Of a stretch of 64,000 bases of DNA, positions 49,424 through 58,180 are shown in pieces (the stretch's first letter is position 1; the number at the start of each line of letters is the position of its first letter). Below the pieces are notes generated by a model. It was given only the letters and a program-made list of their open reading frames with translations. It ran no database searches and was not told the origin of the DNA. Position numbers and translations under genes: made by a program. This DNA comes from a virus. The stretch is from IMG/VR virus record IMGVR_UViG_3300009187_000021, positions 24,947 to 88,946 of that record; one strand, written 5' to 3'.

Positions 49424-49663
49424 TCATTTCTTAATAGACTGTAACAATTTCTTTGCTTGAGAAAATGGCACTTCACATAGTGCTTCTTGAATCATCAGAT
49501 TGTATTCGATCAATAGTTCTACCGCATACTCTAAATCATCATCATCGGCCTGTGCTTGCCATTCTCTATATCCTTCAACAGAAACAGTCAATAGAAACTC
49601 TAGATTATGGAAATCATTGTCATCTAATGAATCCGACAATTCCCTGAGTTTCTTAGACTTCAC
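49424..49663 (-). CDS. Hypothetical protein
   Basis: Coupled ORF in the minus-strand operon. Confidence 0.7.
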   Translation of the reverse strand: MKSKKLRELSDSLDDNDFHNLEFLLTVSVEGYREWQAQADDDDLEYAVELLIEYNLMIQEALCEVPFSQAKKLLQSIKK

Positions 49664-49941
49664 GAGTCGTACTCGATTACATTGATAAATTTATCACGTT
49701 TGGATTGCAGAGTCCAATCTTTAAGATAATCATTGTCTTTATCAAAGAGTGGTTCAAACTCTTCATTTTTGATTTCACGAATAGAAGTGATACACTCATC
49801 AACATGATGTTGTGAAAACTCTTTGAAGTCGGAATCAGTCATATTGTATACAACTTCATCAGCAGCGTGTTCTTCTTTTTTCGCATCTACGACATACCGA
49901 TGGCGAAAGATAGATACAGTTTCAACTAGATATAGTGGCAT
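49660..49941 (-). CDS. Conserved T4-like hypothetical protein
   Basis: YLVETVS.FR.RYVV...EFSQ.H...FD.DN.YL..W. Confidence 0.75.
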   Translation of the reverse strand: MPLYLVETVSIFRHRYVVDAKKEEHAADEVVYNMTDSDFKEFSQHHVDECITSIREIKNEEFEPLFDKDNDYLKDWTLQSKRDKFINVIEYDS

Positions 49942-50210
49942 TATACACTCCCTTCTTTAACAAGTTTATTCAATCGATGGATATCCCAACCACCAATCCA
50001 TGAATCAGGTACTTGTGCTTCTTCGCGCCATTTGAAATAATTCTCATATGTCATATAAAAACTCATCATAGTTACGATGGCACGTTTAAGTTCTTCTGCA
50101 TCTTCTAGTTCATCACCGATTGTTTCATAGTCACTCTTAAGGCGAGCAAGAACAACACCATCGATCCATTCATCATTAATATCCAATTTCATTTCCATAT
50201 TATACTCCAA
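49941..50210 (-). CDS. Hypothetical protein
   Basis: GGAG RBS; coupled ORF. Confidence 0.7.
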   Translation of the reverse strand: MEYNMEMKLDINDEWIDGVVLARLKSDYETIGDELEDAEELKRAIVTMMSFYMTYENYFKWREEAQVPDSWIGGWDIHRLNKLVKEGSV

Positions 50211-50213
50211 AAA

Positions 50214-50396
50214 TTATTTACTAAACTGATCTTTAATATACTGATCCACACGATTTGCATCTTCTGCAAACATTTCAAGTGGTGTTTTCATATCAAATGC
50301 TTTGTTCTTAGAAACCCACCACCGTTCGACCAACGATTCTTTGCCTAACAAAGGCATTAACAATCTGTTGTATTTCTCCTTCATTTCAGATTTCAT
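50214..50396 (-). CDS. Stand-alone antitoxin Xre/MbcA/ParS C-terminal-like domain protein
   Basis: LVERWW.S.NKAFDMKTPLEM...RV..YI resembles the W..PN.AL...P motif of DUF2384. Confidence 0.6.
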   Translation of the reverse strand: MKSEMKEKYNRLLMPLLGKESLVERWWVSKNKAFDMKTPLEMFAEDANRVDQYIKDQFSK

Positions 50397-50719
50397 CTGT
50401 TATACTCCAAAATAAACTTTGCTAAAGGAATATCTCTAATCTCTGCCGAATTAGCCCACCGATCAAAATCAGCAACTGGTTCTGATACATCAACAACCCA
50501 AAGACCACCTGGTCCATTATTGCGAAGGCGATAGTACCGACCATTTCTGATAAAACAACCAGAACCATACTTCAATACTGTACGCCAACTTTCCTTATAC
50601 ATCAATCTAAATCCGTTCATCTTGAACCAAGTTTTCATGTCACTTTTGGACATTTTACTTACTATCATTTGCTGAACCTCTAATTCGTTGTTCAGTATAT
50701 ATTCATTGTCAGATTTCAT
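50393..50719 (-). CDS. Hypothetical protein
   Basis: Coupled ORF. Confidence 0.7.
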   Translation of the reverse strand: MKSDNEYILNNELEVQQMIVSKMSKSDMKTWFKMNGFRLMYKESWRTVLKYGSGCFIRNGRYYRLRNNGPGGLWVVDVSEPVADFDRWANSAEIRDIPLAKFILEYNR

Positions 50720-50964
50720 TCTTCAATTTCAAATCTATACTTGATCATTTCAATACACTTAGAAACAGTCCATGAAATATCACCATGATCATCATTCTCA
50801 AAATTTGAAATACCAACCATTGCAATTTGTGAGAGACAATCTTGTATAATCAACTCAGCGAATTCCCTATCCCTAATCTCTTGCAAAATTATTTGATCGG
50901 CTACATCCAGTGTGTCTGCATATGAAGTAGCATCATCAGCAAGTTTTTTAATTCGTTCATTCAT
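50716..50964 (-). CDS. Hypothetical protein, MNERIK..LA / FAELI..C family
   Basis: Paralogous to 60981..61154 and 57878..58087. Confidence 0.7.
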   Translation of the reverse strand: MNERIKKLADDATSYADTLDVADQIILQEIRDREFAELIIQDCLSQIAMVGISNFENDDHGDISWTVSKCIEMIKYRFEIEE

Positions 50965-51185
50965 TTAATTTGTTCCCATGTCAATCGAAATGCTTTATAA
51001 CAGAGCCACCGTTGGAATCGATTAGGTGGATTCTCAAGATATACATTGTAATGAATATTGTTTTTGATGCTATCGCCGAAATAGAATTTCCAATTCGGTT
51101 CTGGTGGAAGTTCAAATCTATGAGATTTGATACCCATAGATTGTATTTTAGCCAAATCAACAACTACATCATTTTCTTTATCCAT
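50961..51185 (-). CDS. Hypothetical protein
   Basis: Coupled ORF; PNRFQRW motif. Confidence 0.65.
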   Translation of the reverse strand: MDKENDVVVDLAKIQSMGIKSHRFELPPEPNWKFYFGDSIKNNIHYNVYLENPPNRFQRWLCYKAFRLTWEQIK

Positions 51186-51188
51186 GAT

Positions 51189-51818
51189 TCAATCCCACAA
51201 TGCACCGTAGTATTTACCGAACAACCGCATACCGTTGTCAATTTTTCGTTGGTGTGCTTCCATACCTTCACGATCAATCTTAAATGTATCATTTGGTCCA
51301 CGTTGCATTTCTTTGCAATCAGGATGATCTTTAGACTGTACCCAAATGAGGTCATGCACACCAGACTCGTATTGTTTTTCCCATTCATTATCTGGATGCA
51401 ATTGTTGAAAAGACCAAATGATTTGATTTAGAACCCATTCCCACCGTGATTCTGCCATGGCGTCCATGTCATATTCATTCTCTTTCGGTGGTGCATTAGT
51501 AGACCGAATCGATTCAGGAACATCCTCATCATCAACGAGTGCATACCCATGCTTACATTCTTTTAACTTAATAAGCATAGGCAATGCAATCATTGCAAGC
51601 GTATCATTCATGTTCCATACATCAAAGTTATCGATATGAATCGAAACTTTACGCTTACGCTTTGAATGGATCCACTCACATAGATCATTCAATTTAGTAT
51701 GAGAAAGATATTCACCGATTGATTCGCACCGTTTTTCAGATACGCCAACCTTTTGTAGAAGATCGGCAATCTGATACGGACCCCACCACTTAATGAATGG
51801 ACCAATATAGACTTTCAT
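51189..51818 (-). CDS. Conserved phage hypothetical protein
   Basis: MKVYIGP, DVWNMNDTLA..ALPML, RWEWVL..IIWSF, GMRLFGKYY.ALWD. Confidence 0.8.
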   Translation of the reverse strand: MKVYIGPFIKWWGPYQIADLLQKVGVSEKRCESIGEYLSHTKLNDLCEWIHSKRKRKVSIHIDNFDVWNMNDTLAMIALPMLIKLKECKHGYALVDDEDVPESIRSTNAPPKENEYDMDAMAESRWEWVLNQIIWSFQQLHPDNEWEKQYESGVHDLIWVQSKDHPDCKEMQRGPNDTFKIDREGMEAHQRKIDNGMRLFGKYYGALWD

Positions 51819-51892
51819 TATATTCTCCTATTTAAGATGAAACCTTTAGTATAGGCTAGAAGTGCTTTCGCACACCTAACCATTTGTGTAAG

Positions 51893-51938
51893 ATAATACT
51901 TACGATATGTTGTCATAATACTTACGATATGTTGTCAT
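51893..51938. repeat. Perfect 22-bp tandem duplication
   Basis: ATAATACTTACGATATGTTGTC x2, followed by AT. Confidence 0.95.
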
Positions 51939-53119
51939 TAAAAGGGAATATCATTATCTTCAGTTTGAACCACTGAAGGTGTTGTATTTGCAGTCATTTC
52001 GACTTTAGCATCAACTTTGGAGTATAGATCAAGAAATGCATTCTTAGTTTCTTCATCAAATCGATTCACACACATTTTAATTGCTTTAGTACGATCACCA
52101 AAGATTGCATATGCATGAGCAATATGGACTAGACGGCGAGTCGAGATGATCTCATCAACACCACCCTCAGCAAATGTCTTGCGAATAACATCTGCCCACT
52201 TAATAAGATTCTCTGCAAACTCATCATCATTCATCAAAGGCTTTAGAATCTTAGTCTCAACGGATGCAGACGGATACTCTTGTTCTACTGTAATAGGAAA
52301 ACGCTCAAGGAATGCATCATCAAGAATCTTTGCAAGAAAGCGACCCTCTTCAGATCCACGACCTTTAGTGTTTGCAGTTGCAACGATTTGAAAACCAGGT
52401 GCAGGTTTAATGTATTCACCAGATTTCTTGTTGAAATAAGACTTACCCTCTAGAATACCTTGCAGACACAATAGTTTCTCAGAACCACGATCCACTTCAT
52501 CGATAAGTAATACAGCACCACGTTTCATTGCAGTAATGACTGGACCATCACGATACACCACATTACCATCAACAAGTGTATTAGAACCAATCAAATCTGA
52601 TTCATCAGTTTCAATCGAGATATTGACACGGATACATTCACGTTGAAGTGCAGCACATACCTGTTCGACCATCATTGTTTTGCCATTACCAGAAAGACCA
52701 GTAATAAAAACAGGATAGAATTGTTTAGACTTAACGATTTGCATCAAGTCTTTATAGAAACCAAATGGAACATAGTTCTCATATTTCTCAGGAATTGCAG
52801 TATCAGCATCATCCTGTAGTTTCTTTTGTTTAAGAACCGTAACAGTAGCAACCATTTCAGGTGCCATTACGAAATTGCCTGGCACAGACACTACTTTAGG
52901 TGCATTGAATATGGGTTTGTCTTTATGCATAGCACCAAAAATAGTAGGGACACGGTATTGCCCACGACCGGCGCGATACTCTTGTCGTTGTACAATCCAG
53001 AAAGGATATGGAACATTCTTTTCATCAACAACACGTTGAATCTCATCCCGAGTGAGAATAGCATTCTCACCAAAGATTTCATTAGCAGCAATAATAAACG
53101 CTTTAGTATTCTGTTTCAT
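51938..53119 (-). CDS. MoxR/CobS-like AAA+ ATPase
   Basis: GLSGNGKT (Walker A), LLIDEVD (Walker B), ATANTKGRG, AFLERF, ISTRRL. Confidence 0.9.
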   Translation of the reverse strand: MKQNTKAFIIAANEIFGENAILTRDEIQRVVDEKNVPYPFWIVQRQEYRAGRGQYRVPTIFGAMHKDKPIFNAPKVVSVPGNFVMAPEMVATVTVLKQKKLQDDADTAIPEKYENYVPFGFYKDLMQIVKSKQFYPVFITGLSGNGKTMMVEQVCAALQRECIRVNISIETDESDLIGSNTLVDGNVVYRDGPVITAMKRGAVLLIDEVDRGSEKLLCLQGILEGKSYFNKKSGEYIKPAPGFQIVATANTKGRGSEEGRFLAKILDDAFLERFPITVEQEYPSASVETKILKPLMNDDEFAENLIKWADVIRKTFAEGGVDEIISTRRLVHIAHAYAIFGDRTKAIKMCVNRFDEETKNAFLDLYSKVDAKVEMTANTTPSVVQTEDNDIPF

Positions 53120-53140
53120 ATATAACCTATTTATTAAGTA

Positions 53141-53230
53141 TTAAGCATTTCCAGTGAGAATCAAAACAATTACAGCAACCCAACCAATGATGATGGTTGC
53201 AAGCACATAACTATCTGGTAACCTACGCAT
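53141..53230 (-). CDS. 29-aa single-TM peptide
   Basis: MRRLPDSYVLATIIIGWVAVIVLILTGNA directly after a cassette promoter and AAGGA RBS. Confidence 0.6.
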   Translation of the reverse strand: MRRLPDSYVLATIIIGWVAVIVLILTGNA

Positions 53231-53314
53231 ACAATTTCCTTCTGTTTTCTCAGTCGATAGAACCATTATACACACGGTCTTGTCAAGTGTCAATCGTGTT
53301 GTTTTCACACAACA
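53231..53314 (-). promoter_or_regulatory. Early promoter cassette 1 (single palindrome)
   Basis: TGTTGTGTGAAAACAACA-CGA-TTGACA-17-TATAAT...GAGAAAACAGAAGGAAA. Confidence 0.85.
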
Positions 53315-53340
53315 GTCGAAAAAAAAAGATAACCCTCTTT

Positions 53341-53348
53341 TATAAATA
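53341..53348 (+). promoter_or_regulatory. T4 late promoter TATAAATA
   Basis: Exact consensus upstream of 53377. Confidence 0.75.
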
Positions 53349-53376
53349 AAAGATAACCCATCATCCGAGGACGCAT

Positions 53377-54096
53377 ATGTTATCATTTAAGTCTTTTCTA
53401 ACAGAAGGTCTACATGACCCAGCCAAGTTAAAAGCGATCTTCTTGGCAGGTGGTCCTGGATCGGGTAAGTCCCATGTCGTTAATAAAGTAAGAGGTGACT
53501 TAGGATTTAAGATGGTCAATTCAGATGACCTATTTGAAAAGGGTATTAAAAAACATGGGTTAGATCCTAAAATGCCTGAATCTGAAACTGAAAAACGAGA
53601 TGTTGTTCGTAAAAGGGCAAAAGAGTTAACCGCTAAAAAATCTCACCTATATCAACATGGTCGATTAGGAATGGTTATTGACGGTACCGGTAAAGACTTT
53701 GAAGAAATACATAAAAAGTCTGAACATCTAAAAACATTGGGTTATGATACTCATATGTTATTCGTCAATACATCATTAGCCGTTGCACATAAACGCAATT
53801 TAAAACGTGATCGATCTGTACCTGCACACATTGTCGATAATGCATGGCATAAAGTGCAAGACAATATGGGTAAGTTTCAATCTCATTTTGGTCGCGACAA
53901 TTTTACCGTTGTTGACAATTCTAATGACGGTGATGAATCTGGTGCATTAGATAACTTGCATAAACACATTCGCCGTATTGCAACAATGGATGTAAAGAAT
54001 CCCGTAGGTAGGGATTGGATTCGCCGTAAAGAAAAGACCATTAAACGAGGCGAACACATACCAACCAATATGCCACAAAAACGCAAGGTTGTCTAG
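53377..54096 (+). CDS. Zeta-toxin-like P-loop kinase with a putative capsid-targeting N-terminus
   Basis: KAIFLAGGPGSGKS, NSDD, VIDGTG, RN..R.R; N-terminal MLSFKSFLTE. Confidence 0.8.
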   Translation: MLSFKSFLTEGLHDPAKLKAIFLAGGPGSGKSHVVNKVRGDLGFKMVNSDDLFEKGIKKHGLDPKMPESETEKRDVVRKRAKELTAKKSHLYQHGRLGMVIDGTGKDFEEIHKKSEHLKTLGYDTHMLFVNTSLAVAHKRNLKRDRSVPAHIVDNAWHKVQDNMGKFQSHFGRDNFTVVDNSNDGDESGALDNLHKHIRRIATMDVKNPVGRDWIRRKEKTIKRGEHIPTNMPQKRKVV

Positions 54097-54098
54097 CC

Positions 54099-54200
54099 TG
54101 TTGTAACCATACAACGAGTGTTGTTTTTACACAACACGCTTGACTTTTCTTCGGACCAGAGTAGAATGGTACCTGTTGTGACGAAAACCGACAGGAAAAT
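54099..54200 (+). promoter_or_regulatory. Early promoter cassette 2 (two palindromes)
   Basis: TGTTGTAACCATACAACG-AG-TGTTGTTTTTACACAACA-CGC-TTGACT-16-TAGAAT. Confidence 0.85.
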
Positions 54201-54398
54201 ATGAATCTCACCGAAGCCAAAAGAATTCTGGATGTTGCTATTGTCAACCTCAATGTTGATCCTAATATCTCTATGTGGGATGCAATGGATAAATTGGTTG
54301 CTGTCGGTAAAAACAATTTGCGAGCGGATGTATATACCGCATATTGTATTGTAATGGATGAAATGTCATCCCAACGTGGTTTTAATGGTGGATATTGA
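54201..54398 (+). CDS. Hypothetical protein
   Basis: First ORF after cassette 2; AGGA RBS. Confidence 0.7.
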   Translation: MNLTEAKRILDVAIVNLNVDPNISMWDAMDKLVAVGKNNLRADVYTAYCIVMDEMSSQRGFNGGY

Positions 54399-54399
54399 A

Positions 54400-54636
54400 A
54401 TGGGTTTCGAAAAAAACATATTGAATAAGATTGCACCAATCCTAGAATCTGGTGATCATGCCGACTTTTTTAATGGTACTCTTTTTGTATCATGTAATGA
54501 TGTTAAGGCTAAATTGATTGCTCGCCAACTACAAGAGCAATGTTATGCTCGGATTGGTATTTCTAAAATAGAACCTGGCCAATACGCTTTTGATTTTCAA
54601 GCGTCAAATAAGAATGCCAAATTCAATTATGTATAA
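54400..54636 (+). CDS. Hypothetical protein
   Basis: Start re-assigned to MGFEK; FFNGTLFV...YAFDF. Confidence 0.7.
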   Translation: MGFEKNILNKIAPILESGDHADFFNGTLFVSCNDVKAKLIARQLQEQCYARIGISKIEPGQYAFDFQASNKNAKFNYV

Positions 54637-54859
54637 ACTACCCATGGGTATATGCCCTGCTTGCAATGGCGATAAAACAGATTGCCACAATTGTGGTGGA
54701 CAATATATGTACGGTACGCCAAAAGGCGAAGTACCATTGCGTCTCGATGGCACACCTTGTTTGCATGACTATGCTCATTCATTGTTGAATAGGCGCACCC
54801 TCCACAAATATACCTGTGAGTATTGTTTTGATTCTTTCACTATTGATTCGGGTGATTGA
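54629..54859 (+). CDS. Small zinc-binding (CxxC) protein
   Basis: CPACNG, CHNCGG, CxH...CxxC...IDSGD. Confidence 0.7.
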   Translation: MYKLPMGICPACNGDKTDCHNCGGQYMYGTPKGEVPLRLDGTPCLHDYAHSLLNRRTLHKYTCEYCFDSFTIDSGD

Positions 54860-54860
54860 C

Positions 54861-54916
54861 CGTTGCGTGAAAACAACACGCTTGACACCCGACGGAATCC
54901 GTGTAGAATGGATTAC
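54861..54916 (+). promoter_or_regulatory. Early promoter cassette 3 (single palindrome)
   Basis: CGTTGCGTGAAAACAACA-CGC-TTGACA-16-TAGAAT. Confidence 0.85.
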
Positions 54917-55057
54917 ATGATGAAGACACACACCAAACCACTGATCGGCCACGTGCCGAGACCGCATTGTCGGACACCGATCAAACCTGGTGTGCGGCAT
55001 TCTATTAAAACAAAATACAATCGTAAACCTAAACATAAGGAAGTTTATTGTGGGTAA
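54917..55057 (+). CDS. 46-aa basic protein, probably leaderless (weak ArfA-like motif)
   Basis: ATG 7 nt after the -10 box; ...KTKYNRKPKHK. Confidence 0.55.
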   Translation: MMKTHTKPLIGHVPRPHCRTPIKPGVRHSIKTKYNRKPKHKEVYCG

Positions 55058-55058
55058 A

Positions 55059-55289
55059 ATGTCTGCATTGGCATTGGATATTGAAGAGTCACTATGTGCT
55101 GGTGATGATATTGGCGATATTGCAATTCGTTATGGCGTCACCGTTAATGATGTTCTTAATATTAAAGAGCATATGATGGATTCTATTGATGATTATAATG
55201 ATTCAATGGATGGTGATTTTGATACTGCCATGGCCTCTGCTGGTTATGGTACCGATGAAGATTATGGTTGTTATGGCGATGATTATTAA
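55059..55289 (+). CDS. Acidic hypothetical protein
   Basis: Start re-assigned to MSALAL; DGDFDTAMASAGYGTDEDYG. Confidence 0.7.
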   Translation: MSALALDIEESLCAGDDIGDIAIRYGVTVNDVLNIKEHMMDSIDDYNDSMDGDFDTAMASAGYGTDEDYGCYGDDY

Positions 55290-55493
55290 ATGAAGTATTG
55301 TTGGCCTAAGAAACTATATTATGTCCGATGCCGTTGGATTGATTATCCCAACGGTGGTGGTCGAAACTTTATTGCCACTCCGCACCTGGGTCGTGCTCGT
55401 TACTATGCCAAACGATTGCCTTTAAAAATACGGCAAATTGATGTCCGTATTCGTGGTAAAAAACCGTATGTACTAAAAAATAGTTGGTTATAA
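55290..55493 (+). CDS. Basic hypothetical protein
   Basis: Abuts the upstream stop codon. Confidence 0.6.
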   Translation: MKYCWPKKLYYVRCRWIDYPNGGGRNFIATPHLGRARYYAKRLPLKIRQIDVRIRGKKPYVLKNSWL

Positions 55494-55531
55494 AATGAAA
55501 AAGTCTTTTATTAAATAAGAGAGTATAATAT

Positions 55532-57091
55532 ATGAAGATAGTTATTGTCGGCGGCGGTACCGCTGGTTGGATTGCAGCACTAATGATCAGTAAAAGGCAT
55601 CCATATCACGAAGTTGCTGTAATAGAATCTAGTAAAATAGGCATTATCGGTGTGGGTGAAAGTACCACAGGCCGAATGACGGATATTCTAGTAAATTTTG
55701 TTCAAGATTTCGGTTGCAATCATGATGAATTTATTGTTGAAACCGGTTCAACATTGAAATATGGCATTCGCCATAAGGGCTGGACAAACAATATCAATCG
55801 ATCATATTTTGGACCTATTGATGGATCTGATACGAGAAATTCTGTTCCTGACCCATTATTTTCATGGGGATTAAACAGATTAAACAACAATGATCTTAAC
55901 ACTATTTCCAAATGCGGTTATTGGGTAAACAACGGTCTTTCTAATTTTAACAAAAATTCAGGCAAATTTAATTCATACTGGCATGCTTTGCACGTTGATG
56001 CTTTCCTCGTGGGCAAATATCTCAAAAAGATTACCCTAAAAAGTAAAAGCGTTTCTCATATCGATGATGAGGTTGTCAATGTATCATTAAACAGTTCCAA
56101 TGGTTGCATAAAATCAGTAACATTAAAAAGTGGTCAAGTAGTTGATGGTGATTTTTTTATAGATTGTTCAGGTTTTCATAAAGTTTTAATGAAACATTTA
56201 TCCAATAATTGGATTAGTTATCAAAAAAACTTGCCGTTGAATACGGGTATGCCATTTCAAATAAAATATAAACGAAATGAAATGCCAGAACCATACACTA
56301 CTGCGTGGGCTCAAAAGAATGGATGGATGTGGCAGACTCCTCTAATGGATCGAAAAGGATGTGGATATGTATTTTCTGATGCGTACACTACAGCTGATAA
56401 AGCACAGGAAGAAATAGAAACTATCTTAGGCCATAAGATCGATCCTATTAAAGTTATTAAATTTGATGCAGGACGGCAAGAGAGTGCTTGGATTAAAAAT
56501 TGTCTAGTTATTGGATTAAGTAGTGCTCTACTAGAGCCACTAGAAGCCACTAGTATTCACTCCACTATTGTTCAATCGCAAAACTTTGTCTTTGAATATT
56601 TAAAGAGTAATATAGAAGATACAATGAATGAAGGGTCAAGACTTATTTACAATAAACGTACCGCAACATTGTATGATGATCTTAAAGATTTCTTAGTAAT
56701 GCATTACATGGGAGGTAGACAAGATAGTGAATTTTGGCAAATGATTAACACTGGTATAACTAAAACTCCATACGTTGAAGAATTGTTGTTAATGTCAAAA
56801 TCTAAAGTACCTAGTGTAAATGATTTTCCTAGTTATCCAGGAAGTGCAGGATGGCCATTGTATAGTTTTGTTATGGCAGGTTTAAATTTGATTAATCCTA
56901 AATGTGGTGAAAAAGACTTAGATATGGTATTACCTGGTAATCGAATAATGAGAGATTTAGCTCATAATCATTATTACGACTTACAAAGTCAATGGGCTAA
57001 TGAAGGACGCCAGTCTATGACATATAATGAGTTTATCTCCTACTTTAGGAATTTGCGACACAAGAACGGATTCTCAGATTTCAAGTATTGA
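55532..57091 (+). CDS. Flavin-dependent (tryptophan) halogenase family protein
   Basis: GGGTAGW, IGVGES, TLKYGI, FFIDCSGF, GWMWQTP, EPLEATSIH. Confidence 0.92.
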   Translation: MKIVIVGGGTAGWIAALMISKRHPYHEVAVIESSKIGIIGVGESTTGRMTDILVNFVQDFGCNHDEFIVETGSTLKYGIRHKGWTNNINRSYFGPIDGSDTRNSVPDPLFSWGLNRLNNNDLNTISKCGYWVNNGLSNFNKNSGKFNSYWHALHVDAFLVGKYLKKITLKSKSVSHIDDEVVNVSLNSSNGCIKSVTLKSGQVVDGDFFIDCSGFHKVLMKHLSNNWISYQKNLPLNTGMPFQIKYKRNEMPEPYTTAWAQKNGWMWQTPLMDRKGCGYVFSDAYTTADKAQEEIETILGHKIDPIKVIKFDAGRQESAWIKNCLVIGLSSALLEPLEATSIHSTIVQSQNFVFEYLKSNIEDTMNEGSRLIYNKRTATLYDDLKDFLVMHYMGGRQDSEFWQMINTGITKTPYVEELLLMSKSKVPSVNDFPSYPGSAGWPLYSFVMAGLNLINPKCGEKDLDMVLPGNRIMRDLAHNHYYDLQSQWANEGRQSMTYNEFISYFRNLRHKNGFSDFKY

Positions 57092-57106
57092 AATAGGTAA
57101 TATTAA

Positions 57107-57559
57107 ATGAAAAAAGCATTCATTAAACAAGTTCGTGATCTAGCGGATCAGAAGTTTAGCATTACAACGATTGCCAATAAACTTGGCAAACCTGTATTGG
57201 AAGTTTGTGAAGCAATTATGTTGCTCGACACGTTGCCTGCACCAAAGGTAAAACCACCGAAACCCGTAAAGGTTAAAGTCGTAAAACAAAAGTCTTATGT
57301 GCCAGTACCGCGCAAAGTTAAGAAAACAATTAGAGATGTTTTTACACCTAATATTTCTGAACAATCAAAGGCCACTCGGTTCATTGCAAAACCATACAAT
57401 GAGAATTTTCTTAAATCTGTTACCTTTGCCTCAATCGAAGAGGCAGTTAAATATTTGAATGAATTCACCGAGACTAAAATGCCTGCAAAAGACTGGTCAT
57501 TGGTCAATAAATTGTTTTTTGTAAAATCTAATGGTACCGTTGGTACGGTTGTATTATGA
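57107..57559 (+). CDS. Basic hypothetical protein with a possible N-terminal HTH
   Basis: SITTIANKLG segment; Lys/Pro-rich linker. Confidence 0.65.
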   Translation: MKKAFIKQVRDLADQKFSITTIANKLGKPVLEVCEAIMLLDTLPAPKVKPPKPVKVKVVKQKSYVPVPRKVKKTIRDVFTPNISEQSKATRFIAKPYNENFLKSVTFASIEEAVKYLNEFTETKMPAKDWSLVNKLFFVKSNGTVGTVVL

Positions 57560-57891
57560 CAATACCTGAAAGATGGATTATGGTTAAGATAACCATGGTT
57601 GAGGATGATGAAATCTTATATAAGATCTTTGCATCTTGGAATGGTGGTTTCTTGGGTAGTAGTTCTTGGAGGATGAATTCAGGTGTAACCAAAGTTACTG
57701 AGGACGATAAGTTCTTTTATTTTGAGGGTCATTCCGGTTCACTTTATCAATGTGATAAACAATCATATGGATCCAATCCGTTTTGTCTTGATGTATTGAA
57801 AGATTACATTGATCGCAGTAAACACCTTGCAGATATGCAGATTCTTCCTGATAATACTAATTTTATGGAGATAAACTATGGTAGCATTTAA
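57556..57891 (+). CDS. Conserved T4-like hypothetical protein
   Basis: YKIFASW.GG..GS.SWRMNSG...F.G.SGS.Y.C. Confidence 0.75.
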   Translation: MTIPERWIMVKITMVEDDEILYKIFASWNGGFLGSSSWRMNSGVTKVTEDDKFFYFEGHSGSLYQCDKQSYGSNPFCLDVLKDYIDRSKHLADMQILPDNTNFMEINYGSI

Positions 57892-58087
57892 ATTGCCAGA
57901 CCAAGAATGGTTAGGATATGATCCAGAACGAGGTAATCTTCACGGTTATACTTTTGACCAGATGCATGAATTTGCAAAAGAAATAATCGAACAATGCATC
58001 CGAATATGTGAATCGGGTAATGGAACTCAAATGACAAGCAATGGCGTGGCCGATGCAATTCGACAAAGATTTAAATCTGTTGCGTAA
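57878..58087 (+). CDS. Hypothetical protein (FA..I...C family)
   Basis: EFAKEIIEQC...AIRQRF. Confidence 0.65.
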   Translation: MVAFKLPDQEWLGYDPERGNLHGYTFDQMHEFAKEIIEQCIRICESGNGTQMTSNGVADAIRQRFKSVA

Positions 58088-58180
58088 AAACAACAAGTGT
58101 TGTTCGCCAGCAACACGCTTGACGGTCGGCAGGACCAGTGTAGAATAGTATCTGTGGTCGAGCGGTGGTACCCGCTCCGT
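58078..58180 (+). promoter_or_regulatory. Early promoter cassette 4 (two palindromes; leader hairpin)
   Basis: TGTTGCGTAAAAACAACA-AG-TGTTGTTCGCCAGCAACA-CGC-TTGACG-16-TAGAAT...TCTGTGGTCGAGCGG..CCGCTC. Confidence 0.85.
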
